A stretch of DNA of 64,000 nt from a virus. Each line of letters opens with the position of its first letter. The first letter of the stretch is position 1. Below are positions 34,894 through 44,252 of the stretch, piece by piece. Made by a program: the position numbers and the translations under genes. The notes below the pieces were generated by a model, which was given only the letters and a program-made list of their open reading frames with translations, searched no databases and was not told the DNA's origin. Location: positions 1 through 64,000 of the IMG/VR virus record IMGVR_UViG_3300045988_116708; one strand, written 5' to 3'.

Positions 34894-36300
34894 ATGCCCA
34901 TGGATGAAATAACCGCTATATTAGACAGTACCCGACCTTTTGATAATATTATCAACGACTTAAAAGAGAAATCAGTCTGTGTCCCCTCATGGGATAAACT
35001 TATCAAAGACTATGAACCAACGATGCACGACATAGTTACTGATACTGTTACTCGTCAAAACAAGGTAAGGTCTGATGGTACGGTAGAGCAAGCTTCACGT
35101 ATCTATGTTGGTCTTGAAAAGCTTCTAACGAAGCGAATAACAGAGTTCATGTATTCTATTCCGGTAAAACGTATATATCACAATATAGAGGGTAATCCTA
35201 CCAGACAACAAATAGCAAAAGCGATCGAAGCAATATACAAGTATGCTCGTATTGATAGTGAGAATATTAAGCGAGGTAATGCTTACTTTGCATCATGTGA
35301 AGTGTTCACTATTTGGTACACAGTTGAGAGCCCCAATACTCTATATGGTTTTACAAGTAGATATAAACTAAAATGTAAGACCTACTCACCAATGGACGGT
35401 GTTAAGCTATATCCTTTACTTGATGAACTTGGTGATATGATCGCAATGTCTTTTGAATACACAAAAAAGGTCAAAAATGAACAAATTACTTTTTTTGAGA
35501 CATATACAGCAAACATGCATTATAAGTGGAAACAGGAGGGTAGCGGATGGGAATTAGTCAAATCAGAACCGGTTGCTATTCTAAAAATACCAGGAGTCTA
35601 CGCCTATTGTTCGGTACCTATTTATCACGGGCTTTCCTATATCAGAAAAGAAATAGAATATACCCTTTCACGCAATAGCGATGTAATCGCGTATAATTCC
35701 GCTCCTATACTAAAAATAGCTGGTGGGATAAAGGGTAGTGAGAATAAAGGAGAAAGTCGTAGAGTTTATCGCGTAGAACAAAATGGGGATGTAGCCTATG
35801 TTTCGTGGGCACAATCTATCGAGGCATTAAAATACCATGTTGACACTTTAGTCAAATTGTTTTGGTCACAATCACAAATGCCAGATATTTCTTTTGAAAA
35901 CATGAAATCTCTCGGTAATATCGGATTTGATGCAAGGCAGACTTTACTTACTGACGCTCATTTAAAGGTTGGAGACGAAAGCGGAGCGTGGATAGAAGCA
36001 TTTGAACGCGAATGTAGTGTAATTAAGGCCTTCTTGAAAATGATGAATGTTACGTGGAAAGGTGAAGTAGATAATGTTGAAGTTGAGCATGTTATTACTC
36101 CGTTTATCCAAAATGATGAAAAGTCAGAAATAGAGAAGTGGGTTACAGCCAGTGGGGGGAAAGCGGTTGTCAGTCAATTAGAGGCCATCAAGAACTTGGG
36201 CATTTCTACCGATCCGCAAGAGACTCTCTCTCAAATTCAAAAAGAAGATGAAACTGCTTCTAGAATCAGAGTGAGCAACATATTTGAACAATCAGAATAA
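34894..36300 (+). CDS. Portal protein
   Basis: 468 aa. It is the first gene of the head operon and is followed by MuF, scaffold and capsid genes. Called from size and synteny. Confidence 0.65.
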   Translation: MPMDEITAILDSTRPFDNIINDLKEKSVCVPSWDKLIKDYEPTMHDIVTDTVTRQNKVRSDGTVEQASRIYVGLEKLLTKRITEFMYSIPVKRIYHNIEGNPTRQQIAKAIEAIYKYARIDSENIKRGNAYFASCEVFTIWYTVESPNTLYGFTSRYKLKCKTYSPMDGVKLYPLLDELGDMIAMSFEYTKKVKNEQITFFETYTANMHYKWKQEGSGWELVKSEPVAILKIPGVYAYCSVPIYHGLSYIRKEIEYTLSRNSDVIAYNSAPILKIAGGIKGSENKGESRRVYRVEQNGDVAYVSWAQSIEALKYHVDTLVKLFWSQSQMPDISFENMKSLGNIGFDARQTLLTDAHLKVGDESGAWIEAFERECSVIKAFLKMMNVTWKGEVDNVEVEHVITPFIQNDEKSEIEKWVTASGGKAVVSQLEAIKNLGISTDPQETLSQIQKEDETASRIRVSNIFEQSE

Positions 36301-36320
36301 TAATCTAAAATATAAATATT

Positions 36321-36611
36321 ATGGCAAAAACGGATACTCTAGAATTTAATAAAGAAAAACAGGGATATTCCTGCGAATTTACCTCTGTTGGGAAATGTGT
36401 AATACAGATAGACAGAGAGAAAAGTGGCACACTTAGTATATACGCAAAGTTGGAAGGAATGGATTATGCGCTATTGCATCAATATCCTGCCGCTCAATTC
36501 AATGACAATATGATTTTTGAGCTTGACGTACAACAAGGGCTTTCTATCAAGATACTAAGTTCGGTGGGTGTCATGAGTGCAAAGATGACTTATGAAGATG
36601 AAGAGTTGTAG
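36321..36611 (+). CDS. Hypothetical virion-module protein (paralogue of the N-domain of 36709..37266)
   Basis: The shared segment is EFN..KxGY..[13 protein letters not shown]. Confidence 0.55.
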   Translation: MAKTDTLEFNKEKQGYSCEFTSVGKCVIQIDREKSGTLSIYAKLEGMDYALLHQYPAAQFNDNMIFELDVQQGLSIKILSSVGVMSAKMTYEDEEL

Positions 36612-36708
36612 TAGTGTTACCTTTGTATAAATGCTATCTCGTATATAAAAATTTTGTAAAAGAATTGATTAAAAATATATATGTAAAAATAATTAAACAT
36701 TTAATAGT

Positions 36709-37266
36709 GTGGAAAATATTGAATTTAATGAAAAAGAAGGTTTGTATGTAGCTGATTTTGAATCAAAAGGCAAGTGTGTGATTCAGATTGATAATAATAC
36801 GGCAGATAATCTTGTTTTTTATCGTTACATGCCAGATATGGAGCCAAGCTCATACGATAAGTTGGATTTTGATTGTAGAAAGAGGATATTTGATTTGGAT
36901 ATACCTATTGGAATGATGATACGTATTATTAGTAAGACGGAAGTAAAAGCCGCCAAAATGATTGTCATACAACAACCAAACGGTAGCAGTTCTTCTATTA
37001 CAGAAGTAGAAGCGACTATTGATAATAATACTGGTATTCCATCTGTGAACGTTTCTACAGAAGATGGTAAATTACAGTTTGACTTTAAAAATCTAAAAGG
37101 GACCAAGGGGGATAATGGGACAAATGGCAGTGATGGAGAAAAAGGTGCGACTGGCGCAAAAATTATGTCCATTGAATTGAGTATTACCGGAACGTCTATT
37201 TCAGGTACGGCGCATTTAGATGATGAAAGTACAGCGCCTATTTCTGGTACATATAATCCAGCATAA
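36709..37266 (+). CDS. Hypothetical protein with a short collagen-like G-X-Y segment
   Basis: GTG start. [21 protein letters not shown] gives 7 triplets (37099-37161). Confidence 0.55.
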   Translation: MENIEFNEKEGLYVADFESKGKCVIQIDNNTADNLVFYRYMPDMEPSSYDKLDFDCRKRIFDLDIPIGMMIRIISKTEVKAAKMIVIQQPNGSSSSITEVEATIDNNTGIPSVNVSTEDGKLQFDFKNLKGTKGDNGTNGSDGEKGATGAKIMSIELSITGTSISGTAHLDDESTAPISGTYNPA

Positions 37267-37291
37267 ACATATAATTTTAAATAATATAAAG

Positions 37292-38008
37292 ATGAAAAAG
37301 TACATTGGAACAAAACAAATTGAAGCGGAACCTATAACAATGGGTGAAGCATTTGAAAAAGGTTTATTGCAAGTAGGCAGAGTACCCACCGAATCCGAAA
37401 AGGACAAAAATGGGTATCGTGTAAGGTACAAGGACGGTTACGAAAGCTGGTCTCCTGCCGAACCGTTTGAGGAAGCATATAAATGCGCTGACACTTTCCT
37501 TGACCGTTTGCAGATTGAGCATGATGATCTTGTAGAAAAGTATGACAAGTGCGAAAAGTTTGTAGATTCGGATAAGTTCCGTGAAATTGTACAAGAGGAT
37601 TATCCGGCATTTCTGTTATCATTGCAACGAAATGTGATGAATAGATATGGAAGTATTATTGAACAAAGAATGTCCATAGCTAAAGGAGAAACAAGCATTA
37701 CAACACTTCCAAGAATGTCCTTTGGAGATGCAATCGAAGCGTTGAAGTTCGGTTTTGCCATCCGTAGAAAAGGCTGGAACGGTAAAGGTCTGATGGTATT
37801 CAAACAAATACCAGCGCATATCGAAAGTGATATTATCCCCAAGATGCAATCACTTCCGCAATCAGCAAAAGACCTTATTCTGAAAGGCAAGGGCTTCATA
37901 GACTATACAAGCCAGTGTCTTATCTACAACGAAAATACTGGTCGTGCTGATTCATGGGTTCCGTCTATCAGTGATGTATTTGCCGAAGATTGGGAGATTG
38001 TACAATAA
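37292..38008 (+). CDS. DUF2829 (Tad2-like) domain protein with an N-terminal extension
   Basis: C-terminal MSFGDAIEALKFGFAIRRKGWNGKGLMVF...DVFAEDWEIV. ATG at 37292 of track ORF 37220..38008. Confidence 0.7.
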   Translation: MKKYIGTKQIEAEPITMGEAFEKGLLQVGRVPTESEKDKNGYRVRYKDGYESWSPAEPFEEAYKCADTFLDRLQIEHDDLVEKYDKCEKFVDSDKFREIVQEDYPAFLLSLQRNVMNRYGSIIEQRMSIAKGETSITTLPRMSFGDAIEALKFGFAIRRKGWNGKGLMVFKQIPAHIESDIIPKMQSLPQSAKDLILKGKGFIDYTSQCLIYNENTGRADSWVPSISDVFAEDWEIVQ

Positions 38009-38083
38009 CCTATCTGTCAAGTTGTAGAAAAGTTAAAGGCAGCGTAGGCATCTGTTTATGCTGCTGGCTTAAAACTTAAAATC

Positions 38084-38452
38084 ATGAAGAAAAAAATATC
38101 AAACTGGCTTATTAGATTAGCATCGAAGATCAACCCACAAGAAAGACTGAGTAGTATTGAACGAGTTGATAACTACGAAGCAAAGAAGCTAGGCATATGT
38201 CTTGCACGGACCAAGAAAGAAATCAAGGACTATCGCAAAAAGATGAAATTAGATGAAGGTTGGTCTAATCGCAAAGCCGATGAAATGCTTATCAGAGAAC
38301 TTAAGAACGAAGTGCGCCAGTCAATCAACAACTCTATCAACCAAAGAGGGTTGGTTGAATACTCCGTTGAAAAGGTTGGTGACGAACTTCATGTTACCGG
38401 TGAAATCAAAGTCTATATCAAAAAAGAATCACATGAAAGTTCCAATAGATGA
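38084..38452 (+). CDS. Hypothetical protein
   Basis: 122-aa ORF. Confidence 0.5.
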   Translation: MKKKISNWLIRLASKINPQERLSSIERVDNYEAKKLGICLARTKKEIKDYRKKMKLDEGWSNRKADEMLIRELKNEVRQSINNSINQRGLVEYSVEKVGDELHVTGEIKVYIKKESHESSNR

Positions 38453-38795
38453 AATGACGTTTGCCGAAAGCGAATATCATAGAGGTAACAAAATATGGAA
38501 TGCCCAAACGTTATACGATTTTGCTAAGGCAAAAGAGTATCCAGTTATGGATATGCAACTTTGGTGCATTGATTTGACTACTGAAGCATTTGAATGCAGC
38601 CAACTTCATAGTTTCATATTCCAATGCAAGCGGGTTCGTAACTGTTCGCTTGATTATCCTATCATATTAGATGAAGTTGGCCAAATTGCTGATGGCTATC
38701 ATCGTTTATGCAAAGCTATATTAGAGGGTAAGGAGACAATTAAAGCTATTCGGTTATTGGAAATGCCGGCACCTGATAGGATTGAGGAGGAATAA
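38433..38795 (+). CDS. ParB/sulfiredoxin-like nuclease-domain protein
   Basis: PIILDEVGQIADGYHRLCKAILEG has the DGxHR core. ATG at 38433 of track ORF 38253..38795. Confidence 0.6.
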   Translation: MKVPIDEMTFAESEYHRGNKIWNAQTLYDFAKAKEYPVMDMQLWCIDLTTEAFECSQLHSFIFQCKRVRNCSLDYPIILDEVGQIADGYHRLCKAILEGKETIKAIRLLEMPAPDRIEEE

Positions 38796-38796
38796 T

Positions 38797-38937
38797 ATGA
38801 AGAAGCATACAAGAATTATTACGGTAGAATATGTTGTACGAGATTGCCATATCTGCGGTAAAGTTATAGTGAAGCATCATTTGTATCCAGAAATTGATAA
38901 AAAGCAAGAAAAACTGCGTAGATGGCAAAGGAGGTAA
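38797..38937 (+). CDS. Hypothetical 46-aa protein
   Basis: Hand-translated ORF MKKHTRIITVEYVVRDCHICGK... Confidence 0.35.
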   Translation: MKKHTRIITVEYVVRDCHICGKVIVKHHLYPEIDKKQEKLRRWQRR

Positions 38938-39095
38938 TGATTCAGTCTAAATATCATTGTCGAGATTGTGTACATAGCTACGATTGGCATGAGAAAAATA
39001 GTAAAGGTGAATTGTTTATGTGTCGATGTCGGCTATCTAAATGGACTAAATTTTTGAATCGTAATATATGTGATAAGTTTAAGAAGAAAGAATAG
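38937..39095 (+). CDS. Hypothetical 52-aa Cys-rich protein
   Basis: Hand-translated ORF with CRDC...CRC. Confidence 0.35.
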   Translation: MIQSKYHCRDCVHSYDWHEKNSKGELFMCRCRLSKWTKFLNRNICDKFKKKE

Positions 39096-39179
39096 GATCT
39101 TAAAAATATGCCATAATTATTAGTCTAACCCCCGTGATTTTTCTGACAACTTATAGCGTAATATTAAAAATAGGACAAT

Positions 39180-40796
39180 ATGGCAAAACCTAAAATTCCA
39201 AATCAGAAAAAGAAGTATCAAGAACTTAACAGTCGGATAAATAGGTATGTCGTTCTTGTTGAGCAGATATACGACACACTGAATTTGGACGCCGCCAAAG
39301 CTGTTTCACGTACGGAATATTCCTCTGATAGCAATAAACCGTTTAAATGGTCCGATTACCCTCAAACTAAAAAACAAATTGACGACATACAAAGGCATTT
39401 CGTAGAAGATATAAACGCAATTATCTATCGTGGTACGACCGAAGAATGGAAAAATAGTAATGAAGCACAGGATTTGATAGCAAACAGAGTATTAAAAGCA
39501 TATAACGCACAAGTTGATAGAGAGAAATATAAAGTTTTGTATCAAGTAAATTCTGATGCTCTGAAAGCATTTCAAAACCGGAAGGATAAAGGATTCAATA
39601 TATCGGCAAAACTCTGGCAGCAATCTATGATCTACAAAGAGGAATTGGAGGCTGCGATCTCATGCGCTATTCAAAAAGGAACCAGCGCTGTTACGTTGAG
39701 TAAGCAAATATCTCAATACTTACTTGATTTTCCATCACTGCAAAAAGATTATAAAGACAGATACGGAAGTGCTGAACATATACAAGATTGTGAATACAGA
39801 TCTATCCGCCTAGCCCGTTCGGAGATAAACATGGCTTATCGAACATCCGAAAATGAACGTTGGAAGCAAATGGATTTCGTAGTAGGATATGAAATTAAAT
39901 TAAGTTCCTCTCATCACAACCGTATGCCACATGGAGATATTTGTGATACACTTGCCGGAAAATATCCTAAAGATTTCAGCTGGACAGGATGGCACCCGAA
40001 CGACTTATGCTATAAAGTCCCTATCCTCAAAACAGAAGAAGAATTCTGGGAATGGGATGGACTGAGCGATGTTTCTACAGAAAGTATTAATGAAGTAAAG
40101 GATGTTCCTGACGAATTTAAAAAATGGGTACTTGACAACCAACAAAAGATTGAGAAAGCGCGGGAAAGAAACACCTTACCTTATTTTTTGAGAGATAACA
40201 AATCAATTGTTCAGAATATAAATACTGAGAATTCAGCTAAAGAGCTTGTTAATCGTGCTTCTTTAGTTGGGAAGGAGGTACAAAGTTTAGCAGAATCCAT
40301 CGCTAAAAATAATAAAGGATTTGTAACTCCAATCAATTACAAAAGCATTTCATCAATAACAAGAAAAGCGACAACGGAGGGTATAACTCCATACGATATA
40401 AAAGACGCAGTTAGGACGACAATCATAGTTCCCAAATCACAAATAGATCAAGTCTTGAACGAACTATCTGAAAACGATTCGTTTGTGCGACTGAAAAGAC
40501 AAAAGCCGGAATCATTTATGGGATATAGTGGCAATATAGTTAATATTCAAACATCTAACGGATTAATTGCTGAGATTCAAGTTAATACAGACCGTATGAT
40601 TTATGCCAAAGAAAAACCGGAAGACGCAAAACGAATTCTTGGAGAAAAACGTTGGAAGAATATACAAAATCAAACAGGTATGAAGGGGGGGCTGGGGCAT
40701 AAATATTATGAAGAATGGCGAGTATTAGACAAAGCTGATAAAAAGGCGCAAAAAATAGTTGAAAAATCAATCGAATATTATAGTCATTTCCAATAA
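39180..40796 (+). CDS. MuF/SPP1-gp7 head-morphogenesis protein fused to a C-terminal RelA/SpoT-like (RSH/toxSAS-type) nucleotidyltransferase domain
   Basis: The MuF core is EYRSIRLARSEINMAYR and WHPNDLC. The C-terminal region (about 40287-40796) has YKSISSITRKA, IKDAVRTTIIV, GYSGNIVNIQTSNGLIAEIQVNT and GHKYYEEWR. These match the alarmone-synthetase motif order. Confidence 0.65.
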   Translation: MAKPKIPNQKKKYQELNSRINRYVVLVEQIYDTLNLDAAKAVSRTEYSSDSNKPFKWSDYPQTKKQIDDIQRHFVEDINAIIYRGTTEEWKNSNEAQDLIANRVLKAYNAQVDREKYKVLYQVNSDALKAFQNRKDKGFNISAKLWQQSMIYKEELEAAISCAIQKGTSAVTLSKQISQYLLDFPSLQKDYKDRYGSAEHIQDCEYRSIRLARSEINMAYRTSENERWKQMDFVVGYEIKLSSSHHNRMPHGDICDTLAGKYPKDFSWTGWHPNDLCYKVPILKTEEEFWEWDGLSDVSTESINEVKDVPDEFKKWVLDNQQKIEKARERNTLPYFLRDNKSIVQNINTENSAKELVNRASLVGKEVQSLAESIAKNNKGFVTPINYKSISSITRKATTEGITPYDIKDAVRTTIIVPKSQIDQVLNELSENDSFVRLKRQKPESFMGYSGNIVNIQTSNGLIAEIQVNTDRMIYAKEKPEDAKRILGEKRWKNIQNQTGMKGGLGHKYYEEWRVLDKADKKAQKIVEKSIEYYSHFQ

Positions 40797-40820
40797 AAAT
40801 CACTATCTTTACATATAAAA

Positions 40821-41048
40821 ATGAACCAGAAGGAATTATATAATAAATTACAGTCAGGCGAAACGGTTTATTTACTTGACGATTTTGAAGAAGCTGTTAT
40901 CCGTTTATATTTCGATAACGGCCAAACAAAATCATATATAAAACATCATGGACGTAATGAAATAGAAATTCCGCAATCCGATGATACAGTGTGTGATATA
41001 ATTCTTGGAGGAAAAGAGATTTCAAAATCAGAATATGACAAATACTAG
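40821..41048 (+). CDS. Hypothetical 75-aa protein between synthetase and hydrolase
   Basis: Acidic small ORF; its stop overlaps the next start. Confidence 0.5.
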   Translation: MNQKELYNKLQSGETVYLLDDFEEAVIRLYFDNGQTKSYIKHHGRNEIEIPQSDDTVCDIILGGKEISKSEYDKY

Positions 41049-41466
41049 TACTTTATTAGAAAAAGCTCTTCAAATAGCAACTGATGCGCATCTTTATCAA
41101 GTTGACAAAGCTGGGGTACCTTATATTTTCCATCCTATCCGTGTCTCAAACAGATGTTCTACTGATGACGAAAGGATTGTTGCTTTGCTGCACGATACAA
41201 TAGAAGATACCGAAGTTACCGCTGAATATTTACTTATGGAAGGGTTTCCTCGTAATATAGTAGATGCTATACTTTCTGTCACTCGCAACGAGGATGAAAA
41301 CTATGAAGATTTCATAAAACGCTCTAGGCTTAATCCTATAGGAAGACAAGTAAAACTACATGATTTAGAAGACAACATGGATATAACACGTTTGAATGAA
41401 CTTACAGAAAAGGATCTTTACAGATTGAACAAATACATAAAAGCATATAAATATCTTAAAGAATAA
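41035..41466 (+). CDS. HD-domain small alarmone hydrolase (SAH, RelA/SpoT hydrolase-type)
   Basis: AHLYQVDKAGVPYIFHPIRV and ALLHDTIEDT match the H...HD...ED motifs. ATG at 41035 of track ORF 41005..41466. Confidence 0.75.
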   Translation: MTNTSTLLEKALQIATDAHLYQVDKAGVPYIFHPIRVSNRCSTDDERIVALLHDTIEDTEVTAEYLLMEGFPRNIVDAILSVTRNEDENYEDFIKRSRLNPIGRQVKLHDLEDNMDITRLNELTEKDLYRLNKYIKAYKYLKE

Positions 41467-41553
41467 TCGCTGATGTACAATTACATTCAGTTTCACGGCA
41501 CGAAGTACAAGATTACTCTCGTGCCGTGCGTTTATTATGATAGTTTAACATTG

Positions 41554-41615
41554 AAAGTGGCGTTTAAAACGTCACTTTTGCTACCTTTGTGTCAGAAGCG
41601 TATGAAGATGTACGC
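41554..41615 (+). promoter_or_regulatory. Promoter with AAGTG-N13-CACTT operator (site d) and leader hairpin
   Basis: AAAGTG-N13-CACTTT at 41554-41578. Box TACCTTTG at 41582-41589. Hairpin GCGTA-TGAAGATG-TACGC at 41598-41615. Confidence 0.6.
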
Positions 41616-41758
41616 CACAGAACTTGTCGTGTTGTGATTTGCTTCAATTTAGCACGATTGAACGAAACTCATTGCTCTAATGTTTAGTAAAGTTCTAAGC
41701 GAATAGTCTGCTGGCATACGTGCTACGCAGACTATTTTTGTAATTAAAACATTATACA

Positions 41759-42478
41759 ATGGACAGAAAACAACAAGTATTGTTGAGATTGAAACCGAAA
41801 GTGAAGGCATTCGGGTTCAATTCAAGGGAATTAAAGGGTATTGCTGCCAAGATTGCCGATAACCTTACTTCCGCAGATGATGCCTCAGATGAAGACGTAA
41901 ATGCAGAAATTGACAAAGAGATTGACTCCGCATTACGTTACTTGCCTTTCGGCCAGTCACAAGCCAATCGCTTGCTTGATGAATGGAAGAAAAATCACCC
42001 TGAAACAGATGACGACGACAACGATGACGATGATGACGACGACGGAGCTTCGGATAATCAAAGACGTCAAGCTGGTTCAAACACCAAAAATCCCAAAAAC
42101 AAAGGAAAGAATGATGATGCTCCGGAATGGGCTAAAGGTTTGGTTCAGACAGTACAAACACTGAATGACGAAATCGCAGCATTGAAAGGTGAAAAAGTTA
42201 CCACTACACGTAGAGAGAAACTTGAAACCCTTTTAAAAGATGCTGGTACATTCGGAACTCGCACATTGAAATCCTTCAATAAAATGAAGTTTGAAAATGA
42301 TGAAGAGTTTGAAGAATTCTATTCCGAAGTTGAGGAAGATTTAAAATCTTACAACCAAGAACGTGCCGACGCAGGACTATCTAGTTTGGGGAATCCTCCA
42401 GGTGCAGGAAGTAAGAAACAAGAAAAAAATGAAGTATTAACCGATGAAGAGGTTATAGCAATTGCTAAAGGCCTTTAA
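41759..42478 (+). CDS. Scaffolding protein
   Basis: 239 aa, highly charged, with a poly-Asp tract (DDDDNDDDDDDD). It lies upstream of the capsid gene. Confidence 0.6.
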   Translation: MDRKQQVLLRLKPKVKAFGFNSRELKGIAAKIADNLTSADDASDEDVNAEIDKEIDSALRYLPFGQSQANRLLDEWKKNHPETDDDDNDDDDDDDGASDNQRRQAGSNTKNPKNKGKNDDAPEWAKGLVQTVQTLNDEIAALKGEKVTTTRREKLETLLKDAGTFGTRTLKSFNKMKFENDEEFEEFYSEVEEDLKSYNQERADAGLSSLGNPPGAGSKKQEKNEVLTDEEVIAIAKGL

Positions 42479-42495
42479 TCAAAAGTAAAATTAAA

Positions 42496-42897
42496 ATGGG
42501 CGCAAAAGCTGATTTAGTAAACGAACAGGAGACGATTTTAACCGGAATGGATTCGATTGTTATTCGTAACTATTTGGGCGGAATTATGAATGGGCGGACA
42601 TTAGACATGACTGGATTTAAGCAGTCTGTAATTAAAGCCGGTCATATTGTTATCCGCGATACAGAGAACGATACCTATAAGCCAATGCCTGTTAACTCAG
42701 CAGGCACAGCTTACGAATCATTGCCATCTAATCATGAATACGTTGGTGTTGTTGTTTGTTCAAAACCTGCCGACAAGCCATTCGTTGGTATTATGTATGC
42801 TGGTGAAGTAAATGATGTGGCGAGTCCTTATCCTATTGACAGCATTAAGGCTGCATTAAAAACGGCATTGCCGCAATTGGCTTTTTTACACGATTAA
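42496..42897 (+). CDS. Head decoration / accessory capsid protein
   Basis: 133 aa between scaffold and major capsid, a lambda D-E-like arrangement. Called from synteny only. Confidence 0.4.
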   Translation: MGAKADLVNEQETILTGMDSIVIRNYLGGIMNGRTLDMTGFKQSVIKAGHIVIRDTENDTYKPMPVNSAGTAYESLPSNHEYVGVVVCSKPADKPFVGIMYAGEVNDVASPYPIDSIKAALKTALPQLAFLHD

Positions 42898-42911
42898 AAA
42901 GGAGGTGAAAG

Positions 42912-44249
42912 ATGAATGAATCATTATTTATTGAATTTGTAAAAAAAATATGGCCCAAATTGAGCCTATATGTGAAAGAAAAGACCAATGGAACAAATAA
43001 GAATTTGACCTATCTTCACAAAACTATGCTTACCAGAGTATATTCTCCTGATCAAAAATGGGAAGGTACTTCTGCTAACACTACTTATGTAGCAGCGGAT
43101 ATGGTAGCTATGGATTCTCCTTTGTCTCCCAAGAAACGTGACTCTATTGCACGTTCTAGTGGTGAATTGCCTAAAGTTGGTATTAAAAAGATTCTGAGAG
43201 AAACTCAGATCAACGCTATTAATATCATGAAAGCACATTTGTCTAATGCCACTACAGAGGAAGCGCAAAAATCTCTCAAAAACAGAATCTTTTCTCGATT
43301 AACTGATGACGGAACCGCATGTTCTGTTGGTATTGATGAAAGGAATGAAGCTAATTTCCTTACTGGGCTGTCTGATGGGGTTATTATTGTTGAAGGTGAT
43401 GATGATAAAAATTCCGGTCTCGGACTTCGTGTAAATTATGGTTATTTGCCAGAACATAGTTTTGGTGTTGTTACTACCGGAGAAGTAACAGGTGATGATA
43501 TTGAAAGAGTTATAGGTAAAGCCAACGATGACGGGAATAGCATTTCTGTTATCATGTTAGCGTTGTCTACCTATAACAAAATGCGTCAATCTCAATGGGC
43601 TAAGGAATTGGTGGCAAGTTATCGAGGGCAAACCTTTGATAATGAAACAAAGTTGCCTGTTCCCACTTCTACGTTGTTTGATGAAGCATTTTCTGATCAA
43701 TATAATGGCATTTCATTCTTTAAGATTGATCGTTCTGTCACTTATGAAAAGAATGGTAAAAGAGTTTCTTATAAGCCGTGGAATGCAAATAAACTTATAT
43801 TCCTTCCTTCTGCTGACAATGTAGGTTCTTTTGTATGGGGAACTTTGGCTGAATCTACTAACCCTGTCAAGGGAGTAGAATATACCATTGTTGATGAATA
43901 TAAGCTGATTAGCCGTTACTCCAAAACAGACCCGTTGCAGGAATTTACGAATGGGCAGGCTCTTTGTTTGCCGGTTATTGAGAATGTAGACCAGATTTAT
44001 TCATTGGATATTCTGGAAGCTCAAACAGTAGATACAACGAAAGAATCTGAGGATTCTACTGATGTAAAGATTACGATTTGGGGAGTAACTTACAAGAAGC
44101 CAGAATTTGTGACAGAATACAATAAAATCGCTGGTAAAAACTTGACTTCCACCGTTTCCGATGATAAACTTATCGCGGCAGTCAACAGATTGAGTGATGC
44201 AGACGAAGCATCGTTGAAAAAAGCGGTTGAATCCCATAAAGCAACATAA
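42912..44249 (+). CDS. Major capsid protein
   Basis: 445 aa. Called from its position after scaffold/decoration and before the connector genes. Confidence 0.6.
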   Translation: MNESLFIEFVKKIWPKLSLYVKEKTNGTNKNLTYLHKTMLTRVYSPDQKWEGTSANTTYVAADMVAMDSPLSPKKRDSIARSSGELPKVGIKKILRETQINAINIMKAHLSNATTEEAQKSLKNRIFSRLTDDGTACSVGIDERNEANFLTGLSDGVIIVEGDDDKNSGLGLRVNYGYLPEHSFGVVTTGEVTGDDIERVIGKANDDGNSISVIMLALSTYNKMRQSQWAKELVASYRGQTFDNETKLPVPTSTLFDEAFSDQYNGISFFKIDRSVTYEKNGKRVSYKPWNANKLIFLPSADNVGSFVWGTLAESTNPVKGVEYTIVDEYKLISRYSKTDPLQEFTNGQALCLPVIENVDQIYSLDILEAQTVDTTKESEDSTDVKITIWGVTYKKPEFVTEYNKIAGKNLTSTVSDDKLIAAVNRLSDADEASLKKAVESHKAT

Positions 44250-44252
44250 TCC

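Noticed and set aside
36825-37313. 162-aa antisense ORF opposite 36709..37266
   Set aside because: It is the mirror of a Gly/Ser/Thr-rich coding segment and is probably a compositional artefact.
41990-42050. GAC/GAT-rich tandem tract that could be taken for a microsatellite
   Set aside because: It is in frame within the scaffold gene and encodes a poly-Asp acidic tract (DDDDNDDDDDDD), which is typical of scaffolding proteins.
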